NCBI GenBank assembly: GCA_000708835.1
Contig: DF237448.1
Coordinates: 3,990 to 67,989, forward strand
Direction: 5' to 3'
Length of the DNA: 64,000 nucleotides
Origin: Klebsormidium nitens
Lineage: Eukaryota > Plantae > Klebsormidiophyceae
Shown here: in pieces, positions 49,250 through 60,842 of the stretch
Numbering within the stretch: the stretch's first letter is position 1
Layout: every line of letters starts with the position of its first letter
Notes under the pieces: model-generated
What the model was told of the DNA's origin: nothing
Database searches by the model: none
What the model saw: only the letters and a program-made list of their open reading frames with translations
Program-made: the position numbers and the translations under genes

Positions 49250-52200
49250 AATATGGCACTGGTTATGAAAAGGACAGCTGCTAGACCCATCACAGGATAA
49301 GGGCGAAACTATATGACGAGAATGCGATTCCCTCGGTCGCCCGTAATCAGCTCGAAGAAATCTCAAAAGAAGAAGCTCTTTGCCTGCCTCAAAAGACCAA
49401 AAGGTCCATATAGAAAACTCTTGCGGAGATGATCGAGAATCCAAGGGTCTGGGTGCAGCTTCAAAGCGACCAGTCACTAAAGATGGACAAGACGACATCT
49501 AAGCCAAACTCTCGCCTGAACCACAGCCCTGGAGACCTTCTTTGTCTATTAGAAGGACAGGCCTGGACGAAACCCTTTCAAACAGACCTTTCAGCTCTTC
49601 TCCGAATTTGCATTTAGCCATTGACAACGAGACCCTAGGGAAAGCCTCATGCAAAGTCTCAGTCTTTCGAACAGCAGTCATTTCGATGCTCAGATTAACA
49701 ATGGCAGCTTCCCTCAGCCCCTTGACAAAGCTACCTGTACCTCCAAGCCAGAACATGAATCTTTCCCCTCACCTCCTTGTGTTCGCAGCACGGTTCTTCC
49801 CCCTTCTCCTCTACAATCCGGTGTAAGGGTCGCGATTCAGCGGCTGGCCTCCCTCCCCCCGGCGCTGTTGACTGTTCGGCTCGGTGTGCTGTATCAGATC
49901 CCGCCTCTCTTTTGCCCAGAACGGAGTGCAGATTGTGGGGGGTTCCCGTTGGATCGTCGGCTTCCATGTGACCTTCCTGCCGGCTTTGCCGCGGTGGTCC
50001 TCAGGCTGAGCGGCACACTAGAGAGCCTGGGGCAGAGAAAGAATATGTCACTATTGTTATCATCAGCATCGTTAACTCAAAGATAGGTTCAGCACGCATT
50101 CAGGTTCCGAGTCCTTTGGGGCCAGCGGGCATTCGATGTCAGGATAGGCATATTCCCAAGAAAGTTCGAAATTGAAGACTGAAAGAAGTCAAGATTGTCT
50201 GGACAACTCTCCATTCTCGAACGAGGTTTGTAACAGGAAGTGCAGGAGCCCCCTCAAGGAGAAAACTGTAGCTCGATGAAGAGATTGATGTGGTACATCT
50301 GAACCATACTGGAAGAAAGAAAAGCCCGATGCAGCTGATGCATTGGAAAACGTGATAGAATGGATTGTGAAACAGCATAGAAGTTGACCCCTTCCGACCC
50401 GGAATTTCGTAAGTGAAATGTGAAAAGAGCTAAGAGAGGTGTTGAGGTCTGTCATTGTCATAATGAAGGGACCTTGAAGTTGAATTGCGAAGGAAACGAA
50501 GGAAGCTGTTGCCTTCTGCAACTTCTCATATGAAAGGGCAGAAAGAAAGGAGCAAGAGGTAGCTGAAGAGTCAGGACAGAGCGAACGTCTTGGAAGCAAG
50601 ACTTGAGATAACCACACACTCTAAGAAAGTGGATTGACGTATCACAGCACAGTTTAGTGTACGTCCCTCCCCGCATGTGCTTTGGCCTAGCTAAGAGGGC
50701 TTTGCCTCTTGCTGAAAACAAAGTGTCAAGGCTCTTCCAGAAGCAAAGACGGGGCTGAGGGAGCGCTGAGTCAGAATGTTCCAATTGTACGTGAAAGTTT
50801 TTGACACAACAACATGCTGAAAACTGAGGTCTTCAATTGGAAGCTTAGAACCATCCCAAGACCGTTGATCTGCGAAGCCAATAGTTTTGTTCCTGTAACA
50901 GGCCTGTTACACGTCGCGAAGCATTTGCTCTGTGGAGTCCAAAAATGAACATAACAAGTTAAAGCAAGTTGATACCAGACTAATCAAGGGGAGTTTTTGG
51001 CTGTGATTTATCTGTTCACGAACTTCTCGTTCACACATGTGACAGAAGCTTATGGTTGAGAGGAAAGGGTGAAAGCATTGCAATCATCCTCAGTCTGTCG
51101 TTCTGAGTTGACCAGAAACCGCTCTTTTGTTGTGAAACCTCCAATTGTTTAGACTTACGCTAAAAGTCGACTACCTGGTGCTAATCACCTTTCGGGAGCA
51201 TCTTCCGATTGAACGTAAGAGTTTGCAGCAAGAAAAAGAGACATCTTCTCATTCAGCCCGGACTACTTCCCAGTCATCCCAGTTGCAATACATGGTAAAC
51301 AGCAGTGTACTTTTCCACTTTCAAAGTTGTTTTTGTAATGCTGAAGCGGCTCGCTGCCGCTTGCACTTTGAGATGTCCACCACCCCAGTCAACTTATAGA
51401 GATGGTTTTTTTAGCTTAACGACATGATGCTGATAGCAGCAAAGGGGTCACACCGGTGACTTATCACAGCAGACTTCCTTTTACCCTCAGCTGAGTTTGA
51501 GCAATGGCGTAGCACCATACTCACTTCATATCGGCACCATGCACAGAAAGTATGAAACCTCCTGTGCATGGGTACATCCAACCTCACGAAGCACACATAG
51601 GTGACCAAACCTTGCCGATACAGAATTCAGTGACATTAAGAGTTGTACTAGTATGTGCTATAATCAAAACGCGCCTGTCTAAGCACAGGCTTCCTCTGCA
51701 GAAACTAGGAGCAAGCAGAGAACTTGAGAGTCCTGCTCACCTTTGAACTGTGCACTTGCTCATTTAGGCAGCACAACCTCCAACCAAAACCCCCCCCCAA
51801 AACCCCCACCACTTCTCGACCACAAGATGATCGTCGAAAGCGTCCTACTGAATCTCAGACGGCATTACTCCCTTATTGCCGCCCTCTTATCCACCATCCC
51901 CTCTGCTGGCGGTCCCCCTATAGATACTTGCTCTATATTTCTCGAATTTTCTACGCTTCTATGTAGCTTGAATTTCCTCAAAGCTTCGCATTGTGCCGGT
52001 CAGGATCAGCTTCGCCAACAGTTTCCCAGCCCCCATGACTATGTGACCGGGTGTTTGGAACCGCAGCTAAGACTGGCTGCCAGCTTCTCTCCCCACTTGA
52101 AGCAGCTTGCTCCACTCTGCTCAGAAAGCACCTCGCAGCCAAACGAGCAAAAGCCTCCCCCTCGCTGGCATCAAGCTCCTTCCCAGGTCCTGAACCCTGC

Positions 52201-52652
52201 CTAGCTGAAACTTTGCTAAAAATGGTTGTCCAGCTGCTCACACTGCTTGGGACACTTGTCTATTTTTACTACCTTCGAATTTTCATTTCATCAGAACGGC
52301 AGTTCTGGCAGCTGCCTTCCAAATATTGGAAAGCAGCGAACTTGAACTCTGGTTCACGTCGACACCTGCCCTGGCAAGTACTATTTTCAGTACAGAAGCT
52401 CTCTCACAGCTGCTTGCTCTCTTGCTTCTGACAGGCTCCCTGTCGTCTGACAGACTGAGAAGATACCACCACTCAGTCGCAAATGGGCCTCGTTTATTCA
52501 ATTCTGGACTCAATATCGCCCTTGCATGCGATTGTTCCACCATCGCAGCTGACATGCCTTCCTCCCAGAAGCCTAGTCTCTCAGAAAACATGATGACTCT
52601 CCTGAAGAAGAGAATGCGCCTCCAGAAGACTGCGGCACCGAGCAAATGCTAA
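49250..52652 (+). pseudogene. Fragmented, frameshifted remnants of a plus-strand gene for an unknown helical protein
   Basis: Protein-like pieces in different frames: KLYDENAIPSVARNQLEEISKEEAL..I*KTLAEMIENPRVWVQL; DIFSFSPDYFPVIPVAIH|..|EFEQWRSTILTSYRHHAQK with matching splice sites; overlapping ORFs 51743-52204, 52051-52431 and 52326-52652. No family recognised. Confidence 0.25.
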
Positions 52653-55202
52653 GCAACACTGTAGCTTGTGACTCGCCCCTCGCTCCCCCCAATTCTGCGG
52701 GTCTTTCTCCGATTTCGGCGGTCGGCTAAATCGGGGGTTTATAACCATATGACCTTGACGATCTCTCGTTCGCCGGAATAAAATGCAGGTGACTGGGAGA
52801 ACTTTCGGTCGTATAATATGATAGCTTAACTTTGTTGTCCCGGGCAAATGGACCGCCCGGGGGAGCCCTTCGTCGATAACCGAGATGCCTGGATCACCGC
52901 AGACCAGTTTTGGGCAAGAACGTGAGTCAACGGTGCAACGGTCTTCCTGGACACCTGTCGAGGCGTCAAAGCGCCCAGACCGCCGGGAAAGCCGCTTGGC
53001 ATTAACTCCGTCACTTCTGACGCAACGTACTTTGGCAGGGACTTCATCCAGACTACCATTTCCAGGTTCATATTGGACCGTTACCGCTAGTACTCAGAAG
53101 TACTCACGCTCTCAAAGCTGTAGTGACCGGTACGGGGTTGAATGCGACAACAGCGGGTTTGGAGCGGGTTTGGGTACTCGTTACACGACTTCAACCCGCA
53201 ATCGTGGATTCCGGCTCTGACATCATGGCTTGCAATCCCGGTTATTGCTACATGGTTCAAAAGACCGCGTTCCTTGTGCTGCTCAGTTGGCACCGATACT
53301 AGGAAGCTTGTGTACGGTACAAGTACTACAGCACCAATTACCTACCTAGGTCCTACGGTAATCTAGATACTGTCCCATTCACCGTCTGTCTAAGTTCGCA
53401 GATTGCGCCCCGAGGGCCCGATGGCTCGGGGGGCGCAGACTGCTTGCACCTGTGCGAATACTTCGCTCCGACTGGCATAAATGTGCCCGGCGCCCGTCAC
53501 TCGAATGCAATCATAAAACATCAGGGCCTCGTGAATATGATGTGTGCCCTCAGAATGGGGCACATTAGGAGAACGGCTCTACTCACAGGGCCTCATCAGC
53601 GTTGTTCATCTGCAATCCGATCTTGCGGATGAAGAACCGGTGAAACAAACCAGCTGCATTGCTGCACTATGCAATGTCTAACACAGCTTCTCGGTGGTGA
53701 ACGGTGAACCGTCACCGTGACAAGAGAATTTGCGGAGATTTGTGGACACCGTACCTAGGAGTGATGAGTTAAAACCTGCCCCGTTCAGCAACTGGGCATG
53801 CTAAATTCTTCGACGTATTGCAGATTGCAGATGAGAAATAATCCCCTTGAAAGTGTCAGTTTGGGCGCCCGGCAAACTTTGACCGACACCGTTCTTCACC
53901 GCCTTTCCCACGATATCCGTTGATTGATCGTGATGTTGACAATCGGACGGATGCAATCGCGGAAATGGTTCTCGGTAGTGCTTTCGGTTGGGACTCGCCT
54001 TACACTAAATCGAGTTTGTGCGAAGCCCATAAACTAAACTCGTATGCACTACGGTATGATCAACCGTCTCTGTACCATATGTTGGCATACATTGGTACCT
54101 AAAACGCGCTAGCGGCCCTGCCACCTGGGCACCTGTACCTACCTAGGTACCGTATATCGATCATGCACTTCAGACCGTAGGTGCCAGTGGCAAACCCAGT
54201 TTTCGGCAGAGAATTGGTTGGAATGGGGTCTCGAGGGCGCGCGACGGGATCGCTTCTCGCCAAGCACCCACATGCAGCCGTACGCGTGCTCCGATCGACG
54301 ATTTAGACCGGGGCACGTGACCCGAGCCAATCAGAGCAGCGCACCCCTTTGACATCCATTGACCAAATCCAGTCAGGCCGACGGTTAACTTCAGACTTCT
54401 CTACTAGCTAGCTAGCCCCTATACAATCAAGAAGCAAACTGCACCTCTTGAATTGCCAGGACATCTAAACATAATACCGTACCTTAGAGTGGTACGGTAA
54501 CTGCATATTGGAGCCGGCCACCGGCTGTTCTGTATCAATATGCAGGCCTCTCGGGGCTGTCTTTTATCACTCCCGGGCACGACCGGAGTATGCTGGCCGA
54601 CCTCTTATGCATAACAAGCCCCCCTGGGCACAAAATGGCCAGTTATGTTGCCATAACCTAAATACATCCTGCCTCTCGTATACCTTGCCTCAGTCCAAAT
54701 CCGACGGTCAGTGCTGATTCATTTCTTCAAAGATGATCAAGCCCTTATGATCATAGATTCCAGGTCAGATATCAACTTTCCAATCTGAATATATAGAAGG
54801 AATTTAATGATACTTCCGAAGCAGTACTCTCTGCCCGGGCGTGGTTGTCCTAGGACTAAGTTATAGAGTGGCCTCGATGGACGGTCAAGATAAGCTGCAA
54901 TCGTGGACAGCAATGCTAACACGTGTCCAAATGAGATTGGCTGACTCAACATAAGCAGACTTTAGGCGCTTGCTTCTCACGCGTGTAGGTGTTACTTCAA
55001 GCTTATTGCTCACCTCAGCAGCTGCCAGCAGGGCTCGTACGGGCGCTTATTTTGGTGCTTCTATTGCTGGAAAGTAGGAATTGTGAATTTCGCAACTCAG
55101 CCTCATTCATTGAAAGTTCGCACTGGCAGGCATGGCGTGATTGGCGCCCGTCACCTCGAGTTTCAGCTCCAAGCTGCGTGTTGTATCTAAAGCATTTGAA
55201 AG

Positions 55203-58200
55203 ATGGAAAGCGAGGAGGACGACATGCCGGAAGCAATTCCCTTGCAGCTGGGATTTCTTGAGGGAATTCAACCTGATTCCGCATTGGAACCGGCAGGATC
55301 GCTTGCGAGTCCGTCAACATCATCTGTTCAGCAAGACAAGCCGCCGACAGATTTTTCGAATGAGCCGACGACTGCAGGCGCGGCCGGAACAGGGATTGAC
55401 AAGACGAAAGCCGTACCTGTTACCATCATAACTGGTCACCTGGGGTCCGGCAAGACCACGGTAAGCGGTGGTTGTGTTGCGGCTTCAAAAGAGAGTCACC
55501 TTATGCGGTTTCTTTCTCTTGCTGGCTCCTTTGCGGAAGGTGTTTGCCTGTGTGGATACTCGCAATCTAAGCATCGGCCATTTTTTCAAGCCCGTTTGAG
55601 TATATCATTGTTCTGAACTGATCACAAGACGCTGCAATAATCAAGTCCAGTCCTTAGGTAGCAATGGTGTGCTGAGACAACGATCTGAAAGCTCTCGCTG
55701 CGTTGCTCAGCGCCAAAGTTGCTATTTTCAGATGTCTGCTGTGTTGGAAATCGTGTTTCCACTTTTGGAAAGTGGCGTGCTCTTTTCGTCTGGGAGTGGT
55801 GCAATCAAATTTGCATCTTGGATGCTCACTGTAAAGAAGCTCGCATCAGAGATATGGTCTAAAATATCGAGATAGATAATAAAAGCGCAGGGTTGTTACA
55901 TAGTCTCTCCCAGCTGTCCTTATCAGGGCCCATCATTGTAAAAGCCTGGTGCGGGAGATGGATCAGGATGAGAATTCCCCAAGCCCCGATCAACTTTTGT
56001 CAGGCCATAGTCAAGTCATATTTACTGAATCAGCTTGCTTTCCACCTTCTAACCAATCGGTGCACCTTTTGCACGAACTAAAGTGCAAGCGCCTGTGCAA
56101 AACGACGGGTTTGGAAGTACAAGAAAATTTTTGTGAACAGCTTAAGCAGGGCCGGCGAACAGTTGAGTGCTGCGGTGTCGGAAGACAGATCTGTGGGAAA
56201 ATTCCCGGCAGTTGCTTGGATAGGCAATTGAGTACATGCCCCTTCAAAGAAAGGCGAGTAGTGGATAGGGATTGGTTTCGCATATTATTTGCTTTCTTCT
56301 TTGCGAACCTCGTCCTAACCATAAAGCACGGCGTGCGGAGTGCGCTTGGTCGTACGAGCTATGGAAGGTTACGGGAAGTTTGATCCCTTCTAATCCCACT
56401 CTAGGCAACCCTCTCTTGCAGCTTGTGAACCACATTCTGACCACGAACCACGGTCTCCGGATCGCGGTCATCCTGAACGAGTTTGGCGAAGGTCTGGGGA
56501 TCGAGAAGCCGGTTATTACTAACCCGGAGAACCTGGTTAGCCAGGAGGAGCTGGTGGAGGACTGGATTGAGCTGGGGAACGGCTGCATCTGCTGCAACGT
56601 GAAGGGGGACCTACTGCAAGCGATCGAGGGGCTGCTGGAGAAGAAGAGGGGCCGGTAAGCTTCCAGATGCTTTCCAACTGCGTGTTGCAGGACGGGAGGC
56701 GTTTGATGCGCCTGCTTGAGTAAACGCTCCTTTCGGAAGGGGTTGAATCATTTCGTTGCAACAGCAAGGTAGACCTTTGGCAAGCGATCAAAGGGCTGCT
56801 GGAGAAAAACAGGGGCCGGTTAGCCTTTGAATATTTTCCTAACAGCTTGAGAAACCGGATTTGAACCGTGAATTTGGGGGTCCCGTGAATATTCCGCTTT
56901 GGTGGGGATTCATTCAAGTGGTTTCGGTGCTCAAAGGGGTTTCGGTGCAAAGATGCCTTCGGGATTGATCGTGCTATCAATATCTTGCAATCTGCATTCC
57001 TCTTGTATCAGTTGGAACGGACGGAAGACGAACGGAGATACCAGGCTCAGTTCCACACCACCCCTTGAGCTACGCTAGTCCTTTCGAGTCAGGCCTTGCT
57101 GAAACCTCAATTCCCAATCCCTAAGGTCAAAGCCAAGGACCAACCTAAAATCCATGAATTCTATCTTTCTTTTAACCGATATTCACTTTTATACAAGGAC
57201 TCTTTGCAACTTTACTGACTGAGGACCCTCGAGTCTGTTACAGCAATAATCTATGTAATGTTGAGACCTGCATCGAACCCTTGCAGACTTGACCACATTT
57301 TGCTTGAGACGACGGGCCTCGCCGACCCCGGCCCCGTCGCTGCCGCGCTCTGGGTCGACGAGGAACTCGAGTCGCCGATCCGTCTCGACTCGGTGGTGAC
57401 CGTTGTTGACGCCATAAATCTGGGCAGGCAGCTGCGTGGGCTGGGCCAGCGCGGCGGTGTCAATGAGGCCGTGCTGCAGATTGCGCACGCGGACGTCGTG
57501 ATCTTGAACAAGGTAGATCTAGTGGAAGGTGGGACCGAGGGTGAGTCAACACGCAAGGAGGGGGCTGTTTCTTTCGGTCAGGCTGCGGAGGCTTCTGGGA
57601 AGCGCAACGTAGAAGGAAACCCTGTGGACGAGAGGAAGAGAGGTTCGGAGGCGCGCACTGAAGGCGAGATTGGGCAGGGTAGTGACCTCGGCGAGAATGG
57701 AAGGGGTTCTGCGGAGGGGGAAGAGGCAGATGTCGTGGGCGAGAATGGGGACGCATTGTTGGGGCGGAGGTCAGCAGATGTTCCGGAGGGGTCCGGGGAG
57801 GAAGGAGAAATGGACGGGAGTTTCAACGAGGCGAGTGTATCACCGAACGGGGGCCTTGAGAGAGAACGAGAGCATCCCGCTGTCGAACCGGGTGGCCCGG
57901 GGTTGCCAGATGAAACGGTTGGCCTGAGTGATTCAGGAGGTGCTGCCGCAAGAGGAAGACTTCCAGACGATCTGACGGGTCATCGGGAAGGGTTAGGAGG
58001 GGTTAAGACTGGTTTAGCTTCGGAAAGGACCCGATTAGATACCGCCGGAATAGCATCGTCGCTGAGTTGGGAGGGGAAGGAGCGGGCCTTGACACTACTA
58101 GAAAGTCAGGTCCTGCAGATCAACTCTGTGGCGCGGGTCATGCGGGCCGTTCGGTGTCAAGTTGACGTCGCCAAAGTATTTCGAACAAGCTCTTTTGATC

Positions 58201-60842
58201 CGAAGGTGAGGCTTGAGATCAGTTTCTATTCGGGTTTTGACATACTCGTTATTGTTTTCTTGCGTATCGTCAGTTTGGAGATTGTATTCGTATCACTCAG
58301 TCCCCAGTTGGACAATCGAAAGGAAGATTTCTGGCGGACACAAGGGCCTCTTGGGAAGAGTGAAACACTATCCGATGACTTTCAGCGAGTCTCACTCTTC
58401 CCAAGGACTTGGTAGCAGGACTCAGACCCGAGAGTCGTTCCCGAGTTCAAAACCTAAAACTTCGGCAGATCTGGAACACGCACTCAAAAGTGTTCAAAAT
58501 TTTCATCGCTGACACACTCGCAAAACAATGACGGAGTCGCAAGCATAATTTCGACAGGTCACACTCATAAGTTGACTCTCCCCATTGCAGCGCCCAGAAC
58601 ATGGAATCCTCAGCGAAGCGAACGGTGTCCCGTCCAGTGCGGCCGGGATAGTCACCATGAGGAGCCCCGACCGGTGCCGGCAATGACGTACACAGAACGG
58701 GATCGTCTTAGTTTCTACACAAATGGGTTCGACTTACTCCCTTCCGGTCTCTTCAGATTGCAGCTTCTGGAAGATTCCGGCGATTCCGGGCCGCGAAACG
58801 GCTCCCCGAGCCAGTCCCAAAGGCATGAGAGAACGGTGGGACATCACACTTCGGAGCCCCGACCGTTGACATTAACAGAGCAGTCACGGGGCGCTCCAAG
58901 TTTCAAGATCCAATTTGGACACTCCCTTTCTCAACTTACTCCTTTCACTCTCCACTGTTGCAGCGACTAGAAGCGGGGATTCCTGACGACAACGGGGACG
59001 GAAACGGGAACGGAAGCGGGTCCCCCGGGCACTCCCATAGGCACGACAGTGCGGTCGGGACGGTCACTCTGAGGAGCCCCGACCGCTTCGACCTCGCCCG
59101 GTTGGAGCGCTGGCTGGGCGAGCTGCTGTGGGAGCGGTCTGGCACTTTGGACGTGTACCGAATGAAGGGCGTTCTGAACATTGTGGGACGGGAAGAGAAG
59201 CAACTTTTGCAGGTGAAAACTCTTTGGTTCTGGATTCGAGTCCCGAATTTCATTTACTTTCAATAGTGAAACTTCGCGTTTCTTGTTTGTTGGTACTGTT
59301 TTGCTGTGGAGCGGTCGGACGCTTTGGACGTGTATCTTGTGAAGTGCGTGATTAACGTTGCGGGGCGCAAAGAGAAACACTTTTTCAAGGTGAAAACAAT
59401 GTGGCTCAAAATCTCAGTCCCGTTTTGAAAGTCTGGTATTTGCACTCTTGCCTTTCATTGTTTGTCGTATGATTGATGTGGCGCAATTGGAAGCTTTGGA
59501 CGTGTACCGGATGAAGGGCGTCCGTCCTCAACGTTGCGGGACGGGACGAGAAATATTTTCTGCGGGTAAGCTGGTTCCGCCTTGCCGAGAACGAGGTTCG
59601 AAGGTTCTACTTTACAGGCTCTTACTGTTTCAAGGTAACATTGACCGAGGCTTGCGAAAATGTTGGAGGGCGATTGGACGTGTACCGGATGAAGGGCGTG
59701 CTCAAATTGCGGGGCGGGAAGAGAATCACTTTCTGCCGGTAAGAAGACTTGGGTGCCCCAGGTTTCTGATCATCTTTTGCAATTTGCGCCTCGCGTTTGT
59801 CGTTCTGTCTTGGCGGATCTGTTTTCCCTTCGGACGGATACCAAATGGAGGGCGTCCTCAACGTTGCGGGGCGGGAAGAGAAGCAAGTTTTGCTGGTGAA
59901 ACGAGTCGGGCTCTCTCTTATGTGGCGTTACCTGTCCTTGGTCGTGCACATATTCTCGACGTCTTTGTTACAGCGAAGTGGTCTTCTCGTTGAACTAGCT
60001 ACAGCGAAGTCGTCTTCTCAGTAGACTGGCTCCGAGGCTTTGAAAGACACCGAGATGACTGCGAGTGTATGGCCCTGATTTTTGGGACAGCTTAGCGTAA
60101 CCCGCTTCATTAAGCCGGTCCTTGCTTTGAAACCTTTGTGACCCCCCCCCGCCCCATATTACTGCATCGGTGACCTTCCTTGCGCTCCTGCTTCCTGCCC
60201 ACATGTCGTAAACAAGCCAAAGCCTTGGAAGAACTCTTCGCGAGTTTGACAAAAGGACAGATGGGTGGATCGAAAAGGCGCTCCCGTACTGAAAGAAGCT
60301 GGCGTCATGCAAGGCGAAGAGTGCAGAAGGCGAGTGCGAGCTTTTTTGAAGGGGATCGTCGTACGAGGCGTATACCGACTACTGTAGTATGTGAATCTGT
60401 GATTCCTTCGCTTGCAGGCTGTCCACGATCTGTACGAGATTCGACCAGGGCAACGATGGGGGAACGAAGAGGAACGCATCACCAGAATCGTACTGATAGG
60501 TATGAATCGAACTCAAGACTCGTCTGTGCGATTGCCGTCTCGCAGAATAGCGGATGTTGATCCACCTCCGTGGGCTGCTTTCGGTTGTTCCAGGGTACTC
60601 TGTTGGCATCCCTTTTTTCTTGCACCCACCTTTCGTGTTCATGGTGGTGCATGCTGAGCCCACCAAGGACCCATTTTGTGCTCATGTGAGCGGGTTGAGA
60701 CCGTGCGGAGCGAACATGCTATCTACTTTGCGGCTCTTACGTTGTGAGCGCTGGCGACAAGACCTCAAGTTTTCCCTCTGTTGCAGGGAAAGGACTCGAC
60801 CTGGAGGCTCTCCAAGCTTCTCTGCAGAAGTGTCGTTGCTAA
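55203..60842 (+). CDS. ZNG1: COG0523/CobW-family Zn-regulated GTPase metallochaperone (ZNG1/CBWD type), 6 exons, ~598 aa
   Basis: Exons 55203-55460, 56422-56654, 57287-58205, 58964-59212, 60418-60499 and 60787-60842 join in phase (1797 nt). Motifs: VPVTIITGHLGSGKTT, NEFG, ELGNGCICC (CxCC), ETTGLADPGP, VVTVVDA, NKVDL, and CobW_C HDSAVGTV..RMKGVL..QAVHDLY..RIVLIGK. N-terminal EEDDMPEAIPL. Confidence 0.95.
56770..56825 (+). repeat. Echo of ZNG1 exon 2 3' end plus donor
   Basis: GACCTTTGGCAAGCGATCAAAGGGCTGCTGGAGAAAAACAGGGGCCG|GTTAGC versus the real GACCTACTGCAAGCGATCGAGGGGCTGCTGGAGAAGAAGAGGGGCCG|GTAAGC; 164 bp apart. Confidence 0.9.
58575..59900 (+). repeat. Echoes on both sides of ZNG1 exon 4 (2 acceptor-side, 4 donor-side)
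   Basis: TTGCAG| copies at 58591 and 58764 (real 58964). Copies of TTGGACGTGTACCGGATGAAGGGCGT...GAAGAGAAG have donors at 59390, 59566, 59739 and 59896 (real 59213). Confidence 0.88.

Noticed and set aside
49290-49340. THAP-like 'KLYDENAIPS'
   Set aside because: No upstream C2CH/HF residues, and an in-frame stop nearby.
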